Shown piece by piece: positions 18,689 through 27,606 of a DNA stretch of 64,000 nt (position 1 is the stretch's first letter; each line of letters starts with the position of its first letter). Made by a program: the position numbers and the translations under genes. The stretch is taken from positions 2,688,001-2,752,000 of the forward strand of contig OZ244207.1 in the NCBI GenBank assembly GCA_965216875.1, read 5' to 3'. Under the pieces are notes generated by a model. The model had not been told where the DNA came from and ran no database searches. It worked only from the letters and a program-made list of their open reading frames with translations. This DNA is from Rubripirellula sp. Lineage in GTDB: Bacteria > Planctomycetota > Planctomycetia > Pirellulales > Pirellulaceae.

Positions 18689-18944
18689 GGCCTCTGTGGA
18701 CCATGATTGAATGGACAAATGATACGCAGACTAGGCCAACCACTATTCCTATTCGCTCCAATCCCGCCAGCTCACACCAAGGTGAAATAGCAAAGATTGA
18801 AATCGCAGAGCAGGAAAGATTGAGCGACAAGGTTGCAAACTGAGGGGGGGCAATTCGGCTCAACCCTCGACCAACACGATCAGCATCAATCAGATCACGG
18901 TAGCTTTCAAAATCTGGACGTTCAGGTTCGTTTGGCTGCGTCAT
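18648..18944 (-). CDS. Small membrane hypothetical protein
   Basis: 98 aa ORF with two hydrophobic segments, in an AT-richer stretch. Confidence 0.4.
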   Translation of the reverse strand: MTQPNEPERPDFESYRDLIDADRVGRGLSRIAPPQFATLSLNLSCSAISIFAISPWCELAGLERIGIVVGLVCVSFVHSIMVHRGHAKTINKSEDDPP

Positions 18945-19227
18945 AGCCCACTGTCACCTTTCCAGGGTGCCAGCGGACAAAACGCAAAGCTGGCGAAAGT
19001 CCAATCATCATGGACACTTCTCCCTGCTGCGTTCAGTCCCATGATTCGCCGCATCCCTCTACGCCGTGCGACTATGGAAACAGAACAGGTTAGTCTTGTG
19101 TAACACAGTCCGACTGGACACGAGAGACGCAAATAGCAGTGCGATCAGTCGGGAGTCGCCAGCTCCTCTGGCTAAACCCATGTGTGTATTATAGGTGTAT
19201 CGCATCGGCTGTCAAGCAGTTGGCCAG

Positions 19228-19434
19228 TCACCTACTCAGAAACGCTAAGGCCGCGATCGTGGTGATTGCCCCGGCGAAAACTGGCACGCCGATCACCACG
19301 GGAACAAACAGAATCAGCCCGGCGACGTTCGGTCCGCCGGCCGGGCTCCCTCCCCAACTCACGTTGATCAGCAACGCGAAAATCATCAGAGCGACGATCA
19401 TCCCGATGATCATCGACATTAGAACTCTGAACAC
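19228..19434 (-). CDS. Small two-TM membrane protein
   Basis: 68 aa with two long hydrophobic helices; AGGAGG upstream of the GTG start. Confidence 0.6.
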   Translation of the reverse strand: MFRVLMSMIIGMIVALMIFALLINVSWGGSPAGGPNVAGLILFVPVVIGVPVFAGAITTIAALAFLSR

Positions 19435-19560
19435 AATTCAATTCCTCCTGATCGAACTCTTCGATAAGTGGTGCGACTTTGAACAAGTGGATCAATACCA
19501 CCGCGCACACCACGTGACACCAAATGATCCCGACGCAAGTCAAAAACCCAGTCAACACGA

Positions 19561-19863
19561 TCAAACCTCGTGACTAAATGGATTGTGCGCGTAGCGAAAG
19601 AACGCCGACTTATGTGCGGAGTCCCAGTGATTCAGCGCTGCAACGACGTTGAACGTGTTGCCGTCTTCAACGAGATCGCAAACGAAACAGCGCGCGTAGA
19701 TCGCGGCCGGCTCCGTCGTTTCGAACGCCTTCAGCTCTTCAATGCTGAACGGCCGTTGCACGCGATCCTTATCGCAGAACGCTGCAAGCGTTGGAAACCG
19801 GCTGATCAGGTCGAACACTCTCGAATCGAACAGACTGATCGGCTCGCGTTTTTCTTCTTTCAT
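19561..19863 (-). CDS. Phage hypothetical protein
   Basis: 100 aa; GAGG RBS; packed in the early operon. Confidence 0.65.
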   Translation of the reverse strand: MKEEKREPISLFDSRVFDLISRFPTLAAFCDKDRVQRPFSIEELKAFETTEPAAIYARCFVCDLVEDGNTFNVVAALNHWDSAHKSAFFRYAHNPFSHEV

Positions 19864-19865
19864 GG

Positions 19866-20078
19866 CTACCTCGCTCCCATTTCGTCTGCGATGCGAATCG
19901 AATCACTCAGCAGCCGCTCGAGAGCAGCTGCGTCGTCGGTTGTGAGCGTGACCGCTCCTGTGATCGCACTAAGCGCGATCGCACGGGCCAAGTGATCGCG
20001 AAGCTGGCGAGCTTCCTCGAGCTGGCTGGTATGTCCGCGACTGACTCGCGAATAGGTTTGTTCAACAACTGCGTTCAT
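19866..20078 (-). CDS. Phage hypothetical protein
   Basis: 70 aa; ATGA overlap with the ParB gene. Confidence 0.6.
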   Translation of the reverse strand: MNAVVEQTYSRVSRGHTSQLEEARQLRDHLARAIALSAITGAVTLTTDDAAALERLLSDSIRIADEMGAR

Positions 20079-21841
20079 CTTGCCCTACGCTTTTTGGTGG
20101 TTCGCTTTTTCTTTGGCTTCAACACGTCGGGAACGGGAAGCGGTTTCTTTTCGGTGTGAGCTGCGACGATCGATTCGACCTTCGCACGCTTCGTTTTGGC
20201 GTGCGAAACGTCGACGCTCCATTGTTTTGCCAGGTCGTCGAGCTGATCGTTTGTGTGAAAACGAACGTATTCGGCGACGAGCGAAGATTCGCCTTCATTG
20301 GCGATCTCTGCCCAATGGCCGCTCAGTGAGCAATCGGCAAACTTGAGCATCGTGTCGATATCGCTATCGTTGCCGCTCCATTGAACGCTCGACGCAAGAT
20401 CAGAGGGCGGTATTGGCGTGACGCGTTCCGGCATTTCGCGAGCGATCGAGCCGCATGGCCAGCAGGTTGCCTGGTTCCAAACGAGAACACGCCAAAGCCG
20501 GTCGACCACGGTGTACCCGTGCGGGACGCTGGCCGTGTTGGAAAGTGCGCCGAGGTGATCGGATCCATTCACGAAGGTGTCGTCGCTTGCCGCGATCATT
20601 CCGCCGAGTAGATCGAATGACCGCGGGTTGCCCGTAATGCCGAGCGTTTCAAGTGCCGCCTCGATCCACACCTCGCGATCGCGAGTCTGGCAGAGCCACC
20701 AAGCAAGGCTCGTCAAAATGACGGGGTGCATTGCTGGAGTCTGGCGTGCCAGGCATGAGCGCCGAAAACGCCGCGCCCAGATCTCGCTTCGTTTTGCGAG
20801 TTGCTTTTTGGCCTCTGCCTTTTTGCGTCGCTCCTCGGCTGCGGCCTCTTTGCCGGTAAGAGGCTTGCCGGATTTCGATTGCGATGTGCTCGACGCGTAG
20901 GCACTCTTTTTGACCAAGTGCGTCTCGTTCAATGAGTCGAAGAGCTCAGTGTTTTGAGCGACTTCGATCATGGCTCCGTCTTTTCCAAGTGGTAGCTCGA
21001 CGATCTGCAGACTTGCTCGAGTCTTGTCGTCTAGCTCGAATTTCCTCTTGGCCGGTTTGAACGAGTAGCCGGGTCTATAGGTTGTCTTGCCGTCAACCGG
21101 ACGCACGTCATTGTCGAGGTCCAGACTAAAGAATCCGCTGGGATTGTCGATCATGTCCCGCAGTGCCCAGCTGTCCTCGGCGAGCGCCTCGGCCCACTCG
21201 TCGACGATCACGGTCGCCTCAGCAAACGGCACGACGTAGCGAGCTGCTCGAGCCGGCACGGTCCCATCGGCGACGAGCTTTCGCATCGACTCGGGAAGCT
21301 TCAAGAGTCGCAGCGTGTTTTTCACCCCGCTTTCGCTTTCGAGTCCAAGCATGCGACCGGCCTCTGCGCGATCGATTCCCTCATCGATCATTCGCTCGAG
21401 CAGCTCGGCCCGCTCGATTGGGTTAAGGCCCTTACGCTCTGCGTTGCCGAGAAGTACATCACGCAAGGCCTCAGCGTCGCTGCACTCAACCACCTCGCAG
21501 CGGGCCGGCCGTTTCAGTTGACGCAGTGCTGCAGAGCGACGGTGGCCGCTTAGCACCTGGTACTTTCGCTCGGCAAGTTTGCGAACGCGAATCACTTCGC
21601 GTTGACCAAACTCTTTGATCAATGCGACCAGATCACGAATCGCTTCACGCTTGACGCGTTCCTTTGGGTTGGCCGGATGATCGCTCAACTGTGCGATCGG
21701 GATCTCGATAACCGTGTCGCTTCGATCGATCGTTTCCGCGGAAACCTTTTGCCGCGGTGTCTTACTCGCAGCGGCCGACGCACGCTGCAGGGCAGATCGC
21801 TTTTTGCGTGCCCTTCGGTCTGCTGTCGCTGTTGCAGTCAC
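20075..21841 (-). CDS. ParB/RepB/Spo0J-family protein with long C-terminal extension
   Basis: YQVLSGHRR, NAERKGLNPIERA, HTH and LRLLKLPE motifs. Confidence 0.9.
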   Translation of the reverse strand: MTATATADRRARKKRSALQRASAAASKTPRQKVSAETIDRSDTVIEIPIAQLSDHPANPKERVKREAIRDLVALIKEFGQREVIRVRKLAERKYQVLSGHRRSAALRQLKRPARCEVVECSDAEALRDVLLGNAERKGLNPIERAELLERMIDEGIDRAEAGRMLGLESESGVKNTLRLLKLPESMRKLVADGTVPARAARYVVPFAEATVIVDEWAEALAEDSWALRDMIDNPSGFFSLDLDNDVRPVDGKTTYRPGYSFKPAKRKFELDDKTRASLQIVELPLGKDGAMIEVAQNTELFDSLNETHLVKKSAYASSTSQSKSGKPLTGKEAAAEERRKKAEAKKQLAKRSEIWARRFRRSCLARQTPAMHPVILTSLAWWLCQTRDREVWIEAALETLGITGNPRSFDLLGGMIAASDDTFVNGSDHLGALSNTASVPHGYTVVDRLWRVLVWNQATCWPCGSIAREMPERVTPIPPSDLASSVQWSGNDSDIDTMLKFADCSLSGHWAEIANEGESSLVAEYVRFHTNDQLDDLAKQWSVDVSHAKTKRAKVESIVAAHTEKKPLPVPDVLKPKKKRTTKKRRAR

Positions 21842-22056
21842 GGGAGTAGAAACCTCAGATCAACGGGTGTATTTGGCGGTGGCAATTGCTCGAACAGTTC
21901 ACGTTGGAACTGAGAGCTGTCGTTGTCTTTGTGCACTGCGATGCGGTGCACGAACACCTCGCATTCTGTGCCTTCAGCCGTGACGCCTTTCCATCGCCGG
22001 CAGTGCACGCCGTCGATGATTGCGATGTCGGCCGTCGATTCAATCTGAACCTGCAT
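21838..22056 (-). CDS. Phage hypothetical protein
   Basis: 72 aa; GAGGTG RBS; GTGA overlap with the ParB gene. Confidence 0.65.
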   Translation of the reverse strand: MQVQIESTADIAIIDGVHCRRWKGVTAEGTECEVFVHRIAVHKDNDSSQFQRELFEQLPPPNTPVDLRFLLP

Positions 22057-23155
22057 GAATCACCTCTTGGTTGGCAGAAAGCAGGCGATCGCCAGCCTCA
22101 CTGATCATTCGATCGAGCTCGGTGCGTGCCTGCGGTAGATACTTCAAGACACGACGCAATTCGCGCCGGCGCAACGTGTGAACGAAGACACCGACGCGGC
22201 TGCGTCTGACTTCACGATCGGGCATCTTTGCCGCGTAAGTCGCCACGGCCATCACCGTGATCAAGTGCGCCTCCGTGGAACCAGTCACGACCGGTTCAGG
22301 TGCACTCAACTGACGACGAAACCAAAGCACCATGGCCTTTGAGGAGCCGAGGTGTTCGTTCGTCAGCGCGGCAAACGCCCCCCTTATCAGCTCGCCTGCC
22401 GGCAGTGGATCGACCGAGCGAGTCAGCGACTCGGGGATCTCCGGCTGTGCGAGCAAGTAGTCGGGCAGTCCATCTCCCAAGAAAACCGGACCCTTCCCGG
22501 CTCCGGATACGGTGTCGGCCTCGGCTCCGGAGCTGCCGTGCGAACGTTCGTCCGCGGGGCGGACGCGCTCCGGTACCGGTACCGAGTCAGTTGTTAGAGA
22601 GTTAGATATATAAGAGGGAATCCGCGGGGCATACGAATCCGTCCGCCCCGCGGACGGTTCTGTGTGCGGGGCATACAGTGAGCTGTCTTCCCCGCGGACA
22701 GACTCGTCCGTGCGGCGGACGGTTCGCCTCCTTTTTCCCTTCGATCGATTGCCCAAGTAGGCCTGCTCGATCATCTGCTTTGTGAGTGCCGTCGGCTCTT
22801 CGCCAGCAACCCACCTAACGAGGCCTTCAACATCGATCACCAGCTGACCGAACTGGCCACGAATCGCACCGGCTTCGTGAGCCATTTTGAGGACCTTGTA
22901 ACAGCTCGATCGACCACACCAAAGTTGCTTGGCCCATTCGTCGACAGACCACTCAACAGGATCCAGGCCGTCTGGATAGGAGCGGGACGTTGAAAGCCTT
23001 GCAACGGCTCGGATCATCTCCTGCAGCTGCAGAGAGAGCTTGTTGTTTGCCACCGCGGCAATTTCATGGCTCACCTGCATCACATAAGTGATCAGCTTGT
23101 CGCGGTTCTGTTCAATCGCCGCGACTTGGTTGATTAGATCGAGCTGCCTTGTCAT
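22040..23155 (-). CDS. Putative replication initiator (N-terminal winged HTH, iteron-bearing linker)
   Basis: WSVDEWAKQLWCGRSSCYKVLK HTH; low-complexity linker containing tandem 17-bp repeats; AAGGAGG RBS. Confidence 0.7.
   Translation of the reverse strand: MTRQLDLINQVAAIEQNRDKLITYVMQVSHEIAAVANNKLSLQLQEMIRAVARLSTSRSYPDGLDPVEWSVDEWAKQLWCGRSSCYKVLKMAHEAGAIRGQFGQLVIDVEGLVRWVAGEEPTALTKQMIEQAYLGNRSKGKRRRTVRRTDESVRGEDSSLYAPHTEPSAGRTDSYAPRIPSYISNSLTTDSVPVPERVRPADERSHGSSGAEADTVSGAGKGPVFLGDGLPDYLLAQPEIPESLTRSVDPLPAGELIRGAFAALTNEHLGSSKAMVLWFRRQLSAPEPVVTGSTEAHLITVMAVATYAAKMPDREVRRSRVGVFVHTLRRRELRRVLKYLPQARTELDRMISEAGDRLLSANQEVIHAGSD
22549..22721. repeat. Iteron array and AT-rich segment: putative phage replication origin
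   Basis: 17-bp units of consensus CGTCCG-N5-CGGACG at 22549, 22619, 22640, 22661, 22684 and 22705; AT-rich 22591-22613. Confidence 0.7.
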
Positions 23156-23194
23156 CGTTGCCTCCTTGCGCTACCCATCGCGAATGCCAGCTGT

Positions 23195-23473
23195 TCATTC
23201 ATCGCAGCTGATCTCCTCTTCGATTTCGTTGGCAAATCGAACGAGCTCGCAGTAGGTCTCGATCCTTATGTATTTGCCCTCCTTCATCGGCCAGCGCACT
23301 TCGAGCCGTTGGCGCATGAAGCCGCAAATCGCCTTCACCAGACGGCGTTTGTACTCTTCATGCTCACGACGATAGCGACGTCGCTGCCCGAACCACTCAA
23401 CGAAAGCAGCAACGATCGTGAACAACAATGCTGCGATCCAGATTGACCGCTCGATCCATTCGAGGTCGTGCAT
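23195..23473 (-). CDS. Small membrane-anchored phage protein
   Basis: 92 aa; one TM helix then a basic patch; GGAGG RBS. Confidence 0.65.
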   Translation of the reverse strand: MHDLEWIERSIWIAALLFTIVAAFVEWFGQRRRYRREHEEYKRRLVKAICGFMRQRLEVRWPMKEGKYIRIETYCELVRFANEIEEEISCDE

Positions 23474-23475
23474 CG

Positions 23476-24060
23476 TTACACCTCCACCAACGGGACGCGA
23501 ACCTTCTTTGAGTAGTCAGGGGTGAAGTAGTGGACCGCGCACTTCTCATTGAAGGCGTCGACGTGCTTCATCAGCTTGTCGACTTCGGTCTTTGATGGCC
23601 AATCGACGTCCTCGTAGGTGTCGTCGAGCATGCACTCAATCGCTTGATCGAGGTCGAGTCCCTTCACGTGGTGTTCGCAGGTGTGGACGAACACAGGCTG
23701 CTCGATCGTTTCACCATCCTTGATGGCCCAGTAGATCGCATCGGCCACGTCATCAAGATCGTCGTAGTACCCATCACGACCGCCCGGTGCCAATTCGCTG
23801 TAGAGCATGCCGGTTGGTTCTTCGACCTCTTCGGCTTCCTCAAGCCACTGCTCGGATTGAGCTCGTCTCTGCTCGCTCCACTGTCGCTGCAGGCATTCTT
23901 GGCAGAGGGTGTGACCGGGCTTCTTTTCCTTTCCGCACTCAACACAACTAAGGCAGCATCGCCCAGCGACGTCTTTATCTCTGTGGACGCGCAAGCAACT
24001 GGAACATGCCCAGCCGTGCACGGGCGAGCCGCATGGGAGTCGTAACTGCATTGGCGTCAT
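23476..24060 (-). CDS. Phage hypothetical protein with Cys-rich (Zn-binding) N-terminus
   Basis: CSSC, CC, CVEC and CQEC motifs; acidic C-terminus. Confidence 0.75.
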   Translation of the reverse strand: MTPMQLRLPCGSPVHGWACSSCLRVHRDKDVAGRCCLSCVECGKEKKPGHTLCQECLQRQWSEQRRAQSEQWLEEAEEVEEPTGMLYSELAPGGRDGYYDDLDDVADAIYWAIKDGETIEQPVFVHTCEHHVKGLDLDQAIECMLDDTYEDVDWPSKTEVDKLMKHVDAFNEKCAVHYFTPDYSKKVRVPLVEV

Positions 24061-24063
24061 TGG

Positions 24064-24498
24064 TTAGACCTCATCTTCGAGGGTGATATCGCTCGGGTGG
24101 ACATTCAATTTCTGACCAGCAAAACGCGGAGCGTCGTCGTCAAAGAGGACGTCGAAATTTGCACTCGCGTTGTGGCCGACAATGATGCCGTGACTTCGAC
24201 CAACGATGACGCGTTGGCCACACTTGAGCGTTGGCATTCCGCGGTAGGCTGCGGTTCGCTGAAAGCCCTCGGGCGTGTGACAGCGTCCGACGCATCGAAC
24301 GCGTAGGTCTGTGAAGCGATAATCCCAACCAGCGTCGAGCAGATCGTTCAAGAACTCAGCTTTGGCTTTGCCCGCGGTTCGCGCGTTGATCGTCTTTCGA
24401 AACTCGGGTCGATCAGCGACCCAAACGTGATAGGCAAAACACTGGTTGAACGGTGTCGTTTTGCACGCTTCGACGATTCTCGACATTGCATCAGCCAT
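24064..24498 (-). CDS. Phage hypothetical protein
   Basis: 144 aa; C-terminal GIIVGHNASANFDVLF...NVHP segment. Confidence 0.75.
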   Translation of the reverse strand: MADAMSRIVEACKTTPFNQCFAYHVWVADRPEFRKTINARTAGKAKAEFLNDLLDAGWDYRFTDLRVRCVGRCHTPEGFQRTAAYRGMPTLKCGQRVIVGRSHGIIVGHNASANFDVLFDDDAPRFAGQKLNVHPSDITLEDEV

Positions 24499-24835
24499 TC
24501 CAACACCCCGATCTCGCGTCGAACGATCTAAGCTGCGACTTCAACTTCTTGAGACGCTGACGATTTGCCCACGTGTTACCAAGCGTCTTGACGCATGCTG
24601 TCACCAGCTCAAGTGACTGCTCGAGCGATCGCTGCTTTGCGTCCGCAGCCTGTTGAACAACTGAGGGACGATGAAAGGAAACGATGCAGCCTCGGGGCAC
24701 CTTCGCGACGAAAGTGTTTTTGTTTTCGTCCGCGTAGATCGTCGCGATGTAGTCTCGCGAGCTGTCCCACACGATGTATGCACCGCGCGGGTACTCGGCG
24801 ACGACTCCGGTTTCGGTCACGATGTAAGCGGCCAT
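24491..24835 (-). CDS. Phage hypothetical protein
   Basis: 114 aa; packed in the early operon. Confidence 0.7.
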   Translation of the reverse strand: MAAYIVTETGVVAEYPRGAYIVWDSSRDYIATIYADENKNTFVAKVPRGCIVSFHRPSVVQQAADAKQRSLEQSLELVTACVKTLGNTWANRQRLKKLKSQLRSFDARSGCWNG

Positions 24836-24839
24836 TCAC

Positions 24840-26591
24840 TCACCCAAACTCAAAGAAGGTCTGTGTTTGCCCAGAGGGGGCGGTTTGAAATTGCGCGGGC
24901 ACTTGCACAAGCGGAGCCGCCTCGATCAGTGACGGCTCGGCTCGCATGTAATGGGCGTCGTTGACGTCGCGCGCAGCATGACCGAGAACCCAGCGGCCGA
25001 GGTCCTCACCCATCCCCGCACGCGTCCAACGAATGTTGGCGGTCGATCGAAGATGTTGTCGCCTAACATGCTCGAGGCCTGCTTGTGAGACGATCTTGGA
25101 CCACTCGTCGCGAAACCGATGCCCTTTGCTGTCCGTCCATTGAAAGAGGTTGCCACCGCGGCGACGAAGCAGCTCGTCGACGTGGATCCGGACGCATGGC
25201 GGAAGCGGCACGATCAAACGCGATCGCTTTTTGCGTTTCGTCTTGGTTGGCTGATAGATGAGCCAACCGTGATCGCTCGATCGGACACTGCGAGCCACTG
25301 GCGATTCAGGCTGCAGCCGAAAGTTGTCGGCCGACAACGTCGCGCAGTCGTTTACCCGTGGACCAAGCACCGAGCCGATCACCAGGAAGGTGCGCCACTG
25401 CAGTTGGGGCACCTCGCTTGGCCAGGCTGCCACCTCGCACGCGTCGTAGATGCGGCCGATCTGCTCATCGGTGACGTCCGCCGGCCCGCCGGCATCTTCG
25501 TCGCCGAGCTGCTCGACCAGGTCGCTTAGAGGCGACATGGCCGGCACGCGTGGAAGCAAGCAGAGTGCGGACGGGTTGCCCGATTCACGGGGACCAACCT
25601 TTCGCAGAATTGCTCTGATCTTCTTCCACTGCTTGCCGGCCGAGTCGATCGACAATTGCGCCCCATTGTCCGCCATTAACCAGACGCCGAACTCATTCAG
25701 GATCGAGTCCGAAATCTGAGAAACTGGGAGGGTTGCGGCGGTTTGCTGGGGCAAAGTTTGCGCGCGAGTACTTCTAGTACTCGCGCGCTGCTCAAGGAAT
25801 CGTTCCCAGTGATCAAGCGCTGTGAAGTACTGCGTTGTCGTAGATCTCGCCCTTGCGCGAAAGATGAGAGGGTGCAAGTGTTCGAGGAAACAATCACGTA
25901 GCGTGATGTCCATCGGATCGGACTCGTCGCCCGGGTCATACATTCGAAGTGCGGCGGTCACGTTGGGATCCTCCCAGCTCGAGGCAATCGCGTCGGATGC
26001 TGGGACCATCCAACTAAACAGAAACAACAGTGCTGCCGCGCGGGTGAGAGCTTGCAGACGCTTGATTGCGTCGCGTCGATCAGATTGCCTGTTGGTTTCG
26101 CTGATAGCGACCGAGACGCGAGATTCGCTGACTTTGAGTTGCTTGCCGACGTCTTTCATCGAGTGGCCTTCGCACCGCAATAGGATTGCCCGAACTGCCA
26201 ACGATTCGGTTGCACACTTCCGCTTCAGTTCTTCCCATTCGATTGCGCCAAGATCATCGTGGCTATCTTCGATCTGAACGCAGTGCCTACCGTTCTCGTC
26301 AACCATTGAGTCGAGAGACCCAGCGAAGTCATCGACCCGTCTCGGCTTGCCGTGTCGCGTATCGTGTCCGTGCTTTCTCCAGAGATCCTTCGCTCGCAGT
26401 GGCAATACGCGCCAGATGTACGTTTTCCATTGAGCTTTGTCGGGGTCGAATCGCAATGCCAACCGCCAAACCTCCATCCTTAGTTCTTGCTCGATGTCGT
26501 GGATATCCAGGGCACCGATCTTCCGCGCTCGCGAGGCCAAGGTCAGCACGCACTTTTCAGCCTGCGCCAACAACTCGTCGACGTCGTTCAT
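24840..26591 (-). CDS. Sigma70/ECF-like domain fused in frame to a tyrosine recombinase
   Basis: Sigma region 2 (DIEQE...RFDP...WKTYI...DLWRK) and region 4 HTH (SMKDVGKQLKVSESRVS); recombinase GPRVND, KTK, QHLR, LGH and HY motifs. Confidence 0.85.
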   Translation of the reverse strand: MNDVDELLAQAEKCVLTLASRARKIGALDIHDIEQELRMEVWRLALRFDPDKAQWKTYIWRVLPLRAKDLWRKHGHDTRHGKPRRVDDFAGSLDSMVDENGRHCVQIEDSHDDLGAIEWEELKRKCATESLAVRAILLRCEGHSMKDVGKQLKVSESRVSVAISETNRQSDRRDAIKRLQALTRAAALLFLFSWMVPASDAIASSWEDPNVTAALRMYDPGDESDPMDITLRDCFLEHLHPLIFRARARSTTTQYFTALDHWERFLEQRASTRSTRAQTLPQQTAATLPVSQISDSILNEFGVWLMADNGAQLSIDSAGKQWKKIRAILRKVGPRESGNPSALCLLPRVPAMSPLSDLVEQLGDEDAGGPADVTDEQIGRIYDACEVAAWPSEVPQLQWRTFLVIGSVLGPRVNDCATLSADNFRLQPESPVARSVRSSDHGWLIYQPTKTKRKKRSRLIVPLPPCVRIHVDELLRRRGGNLFQWTDSKGHRFRDEWSKIVSQAGLEHVRRQHLRSTANIRWTRAGMGEDLGRWVLGHAARDVNDAHYMRAEPSLIEAAPLVQVPAQFQTAPSGQTQTFFEFG

Positions 26592-26866
26592 CGCTTGGCA
26601 CCTCGCAGAACGGCCGAAACGATCGCCTTTGCCTCGGCCGGGTTTCCGTGGAAACGATCGCCAAGCGCTTCGACGATCTCCGCTGCGACTTTGTCGACGT
26701 GGTTACTCGCCGCGTTCACGCCGATCGGCTGATTTCCACGCGATCGCAATACCAGCACGTTCTTTGGGGCAAATACCCCAATCCGTGCTCGGTCGAAAAA
26801 GAGCACTCTTGTATCGTGTCCGATATGAACGAAATGGCCGGCCTGACCCGTAAGGCGTAACATCAT
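26588..26866 (-). CDS. Divergent phage-encoded CsrA/RsmA-family protein with C-terminal helical extension
   Basis: MLRLTGQAGHFVHIGHDTRVLFFDRARIGVFAPKNVLVLR aligns with the CsrA ML.LTR..GE...IG...RIG..AP..V.V.R pattern. Confidence 0.7.
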   Translation of the reverse strand: MMLRLTGQAGHFVHIGHDTRVLFFDRARIGVFAPKNVLVLRSRGNQPIGVNAASNHVDKVAAEIVEALGDRFHGNPAEAKAIVSAVLRGAKR

Positions 26867-26940
26867 CTCTCCTTGATGGGCCGCCGGCCGCTCACTCCTG
26901 CGGGGCACTAGCAGGAGCGAGCAAGCCGGAGGCTACGCGG

Positions 26941-27192
26941 TTAGAAATACTGCGTGACACCTTCCATTGATGGCCGGCGTCGGTTCCGTTTGGTTGCTGG
27001 AGCAGGTGTTCTCCGCTCCATAAACCGTTCGATCTCTTTTCGATCGATCCTGTACCGGGCGACTTTCTTTCCGCGCCCAACGTTGCTCGCTTTCAGAGAG
27101 CGATCCATGATCAATGCGCGAACGTGGTCAACGCTCATGCCCATGATCAAAGCTGCTTCCTTCGGCGTGACATACCTCTTTGATTCCAACAT
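26941..27192 (-). CDS. Excisionase-family (HTH_17/MerR-like) DNA-binding protein
   Basis: YVTPKEAALIMGMSVDHVRALI...LKA...YRIDRKEIERF; adjacent to att. Confidence 0.85.
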   Translation of the reverse strand: MLESKRYVTPKEAALIMGMSVDHVRALIMDRSLKASNVGRGKKVARYRIDRKEIERFMERRTPAPATKRNRRRPSMEGVTQYF

Positions 27193-27207
27193 CACCTGTC
27201 TCCCAAT

Positions 27208-27251
27208 AAAAAAGACCGACAGCCTGCGATGCGACGCGCAAGCTGCCGGTC
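27208..27251 (-). terminator. Leader terminator directly upstream of the first early gene
   Basis: 15-bp stem GACCGGCAGCUUGCG/CGCAGGCUGUCGGUC (two G-U pairs) followed by U6, ending about 15 nt before the ATG. Confidence 0.8.
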
Positions 27252-27301
27252 TCTCGGTCGAGGTGACCAATGCTGGAATTGTGTGTCGCATTTCGGCGTG
27301 A

Positions 27302-27329
27302 ATCCTAGGCCTGAAAAGGACTCACGCAA
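27302..27329 (-). promoter_or_regulatory. Candidate sigma70-like early promoter
   Basis: TTGCGT-N16-TAGGAT on the minus strand. Confidence 0.4.
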
Positions 27330-27606
27330 CAAGCTTTTCAACGATCAAAAACGGATTGTGCTGACACAGCACTAGCACGACATTGAAACAGCATTCGCAC
27401 GACAGAAAAACTAATTTGCCAGAACCCAGATTGGGTCAAGCCGGATGAACTAGCAACGATTGGAGCCGGTGAACTCAACTGGAGTTGGTCACACTCCTGG
27501 TCACAAAACCGACATTGAATCGTTAACAACGACGCGCAGTACGAATCGCAAAAACAGCTGGCGCTTTGAAACGACATCGCCAGCGCATCGCCACGACAAA
27601 GCAGCT

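Noticed and set aside
19232..19564. 110-aa ORF overlapping the two-TM gene
   Set aside because: Its 3' two-thirds overlap the better-supported 19228-19434 ORF; the hydrophobic N-terminal part may be real but cannot be supported
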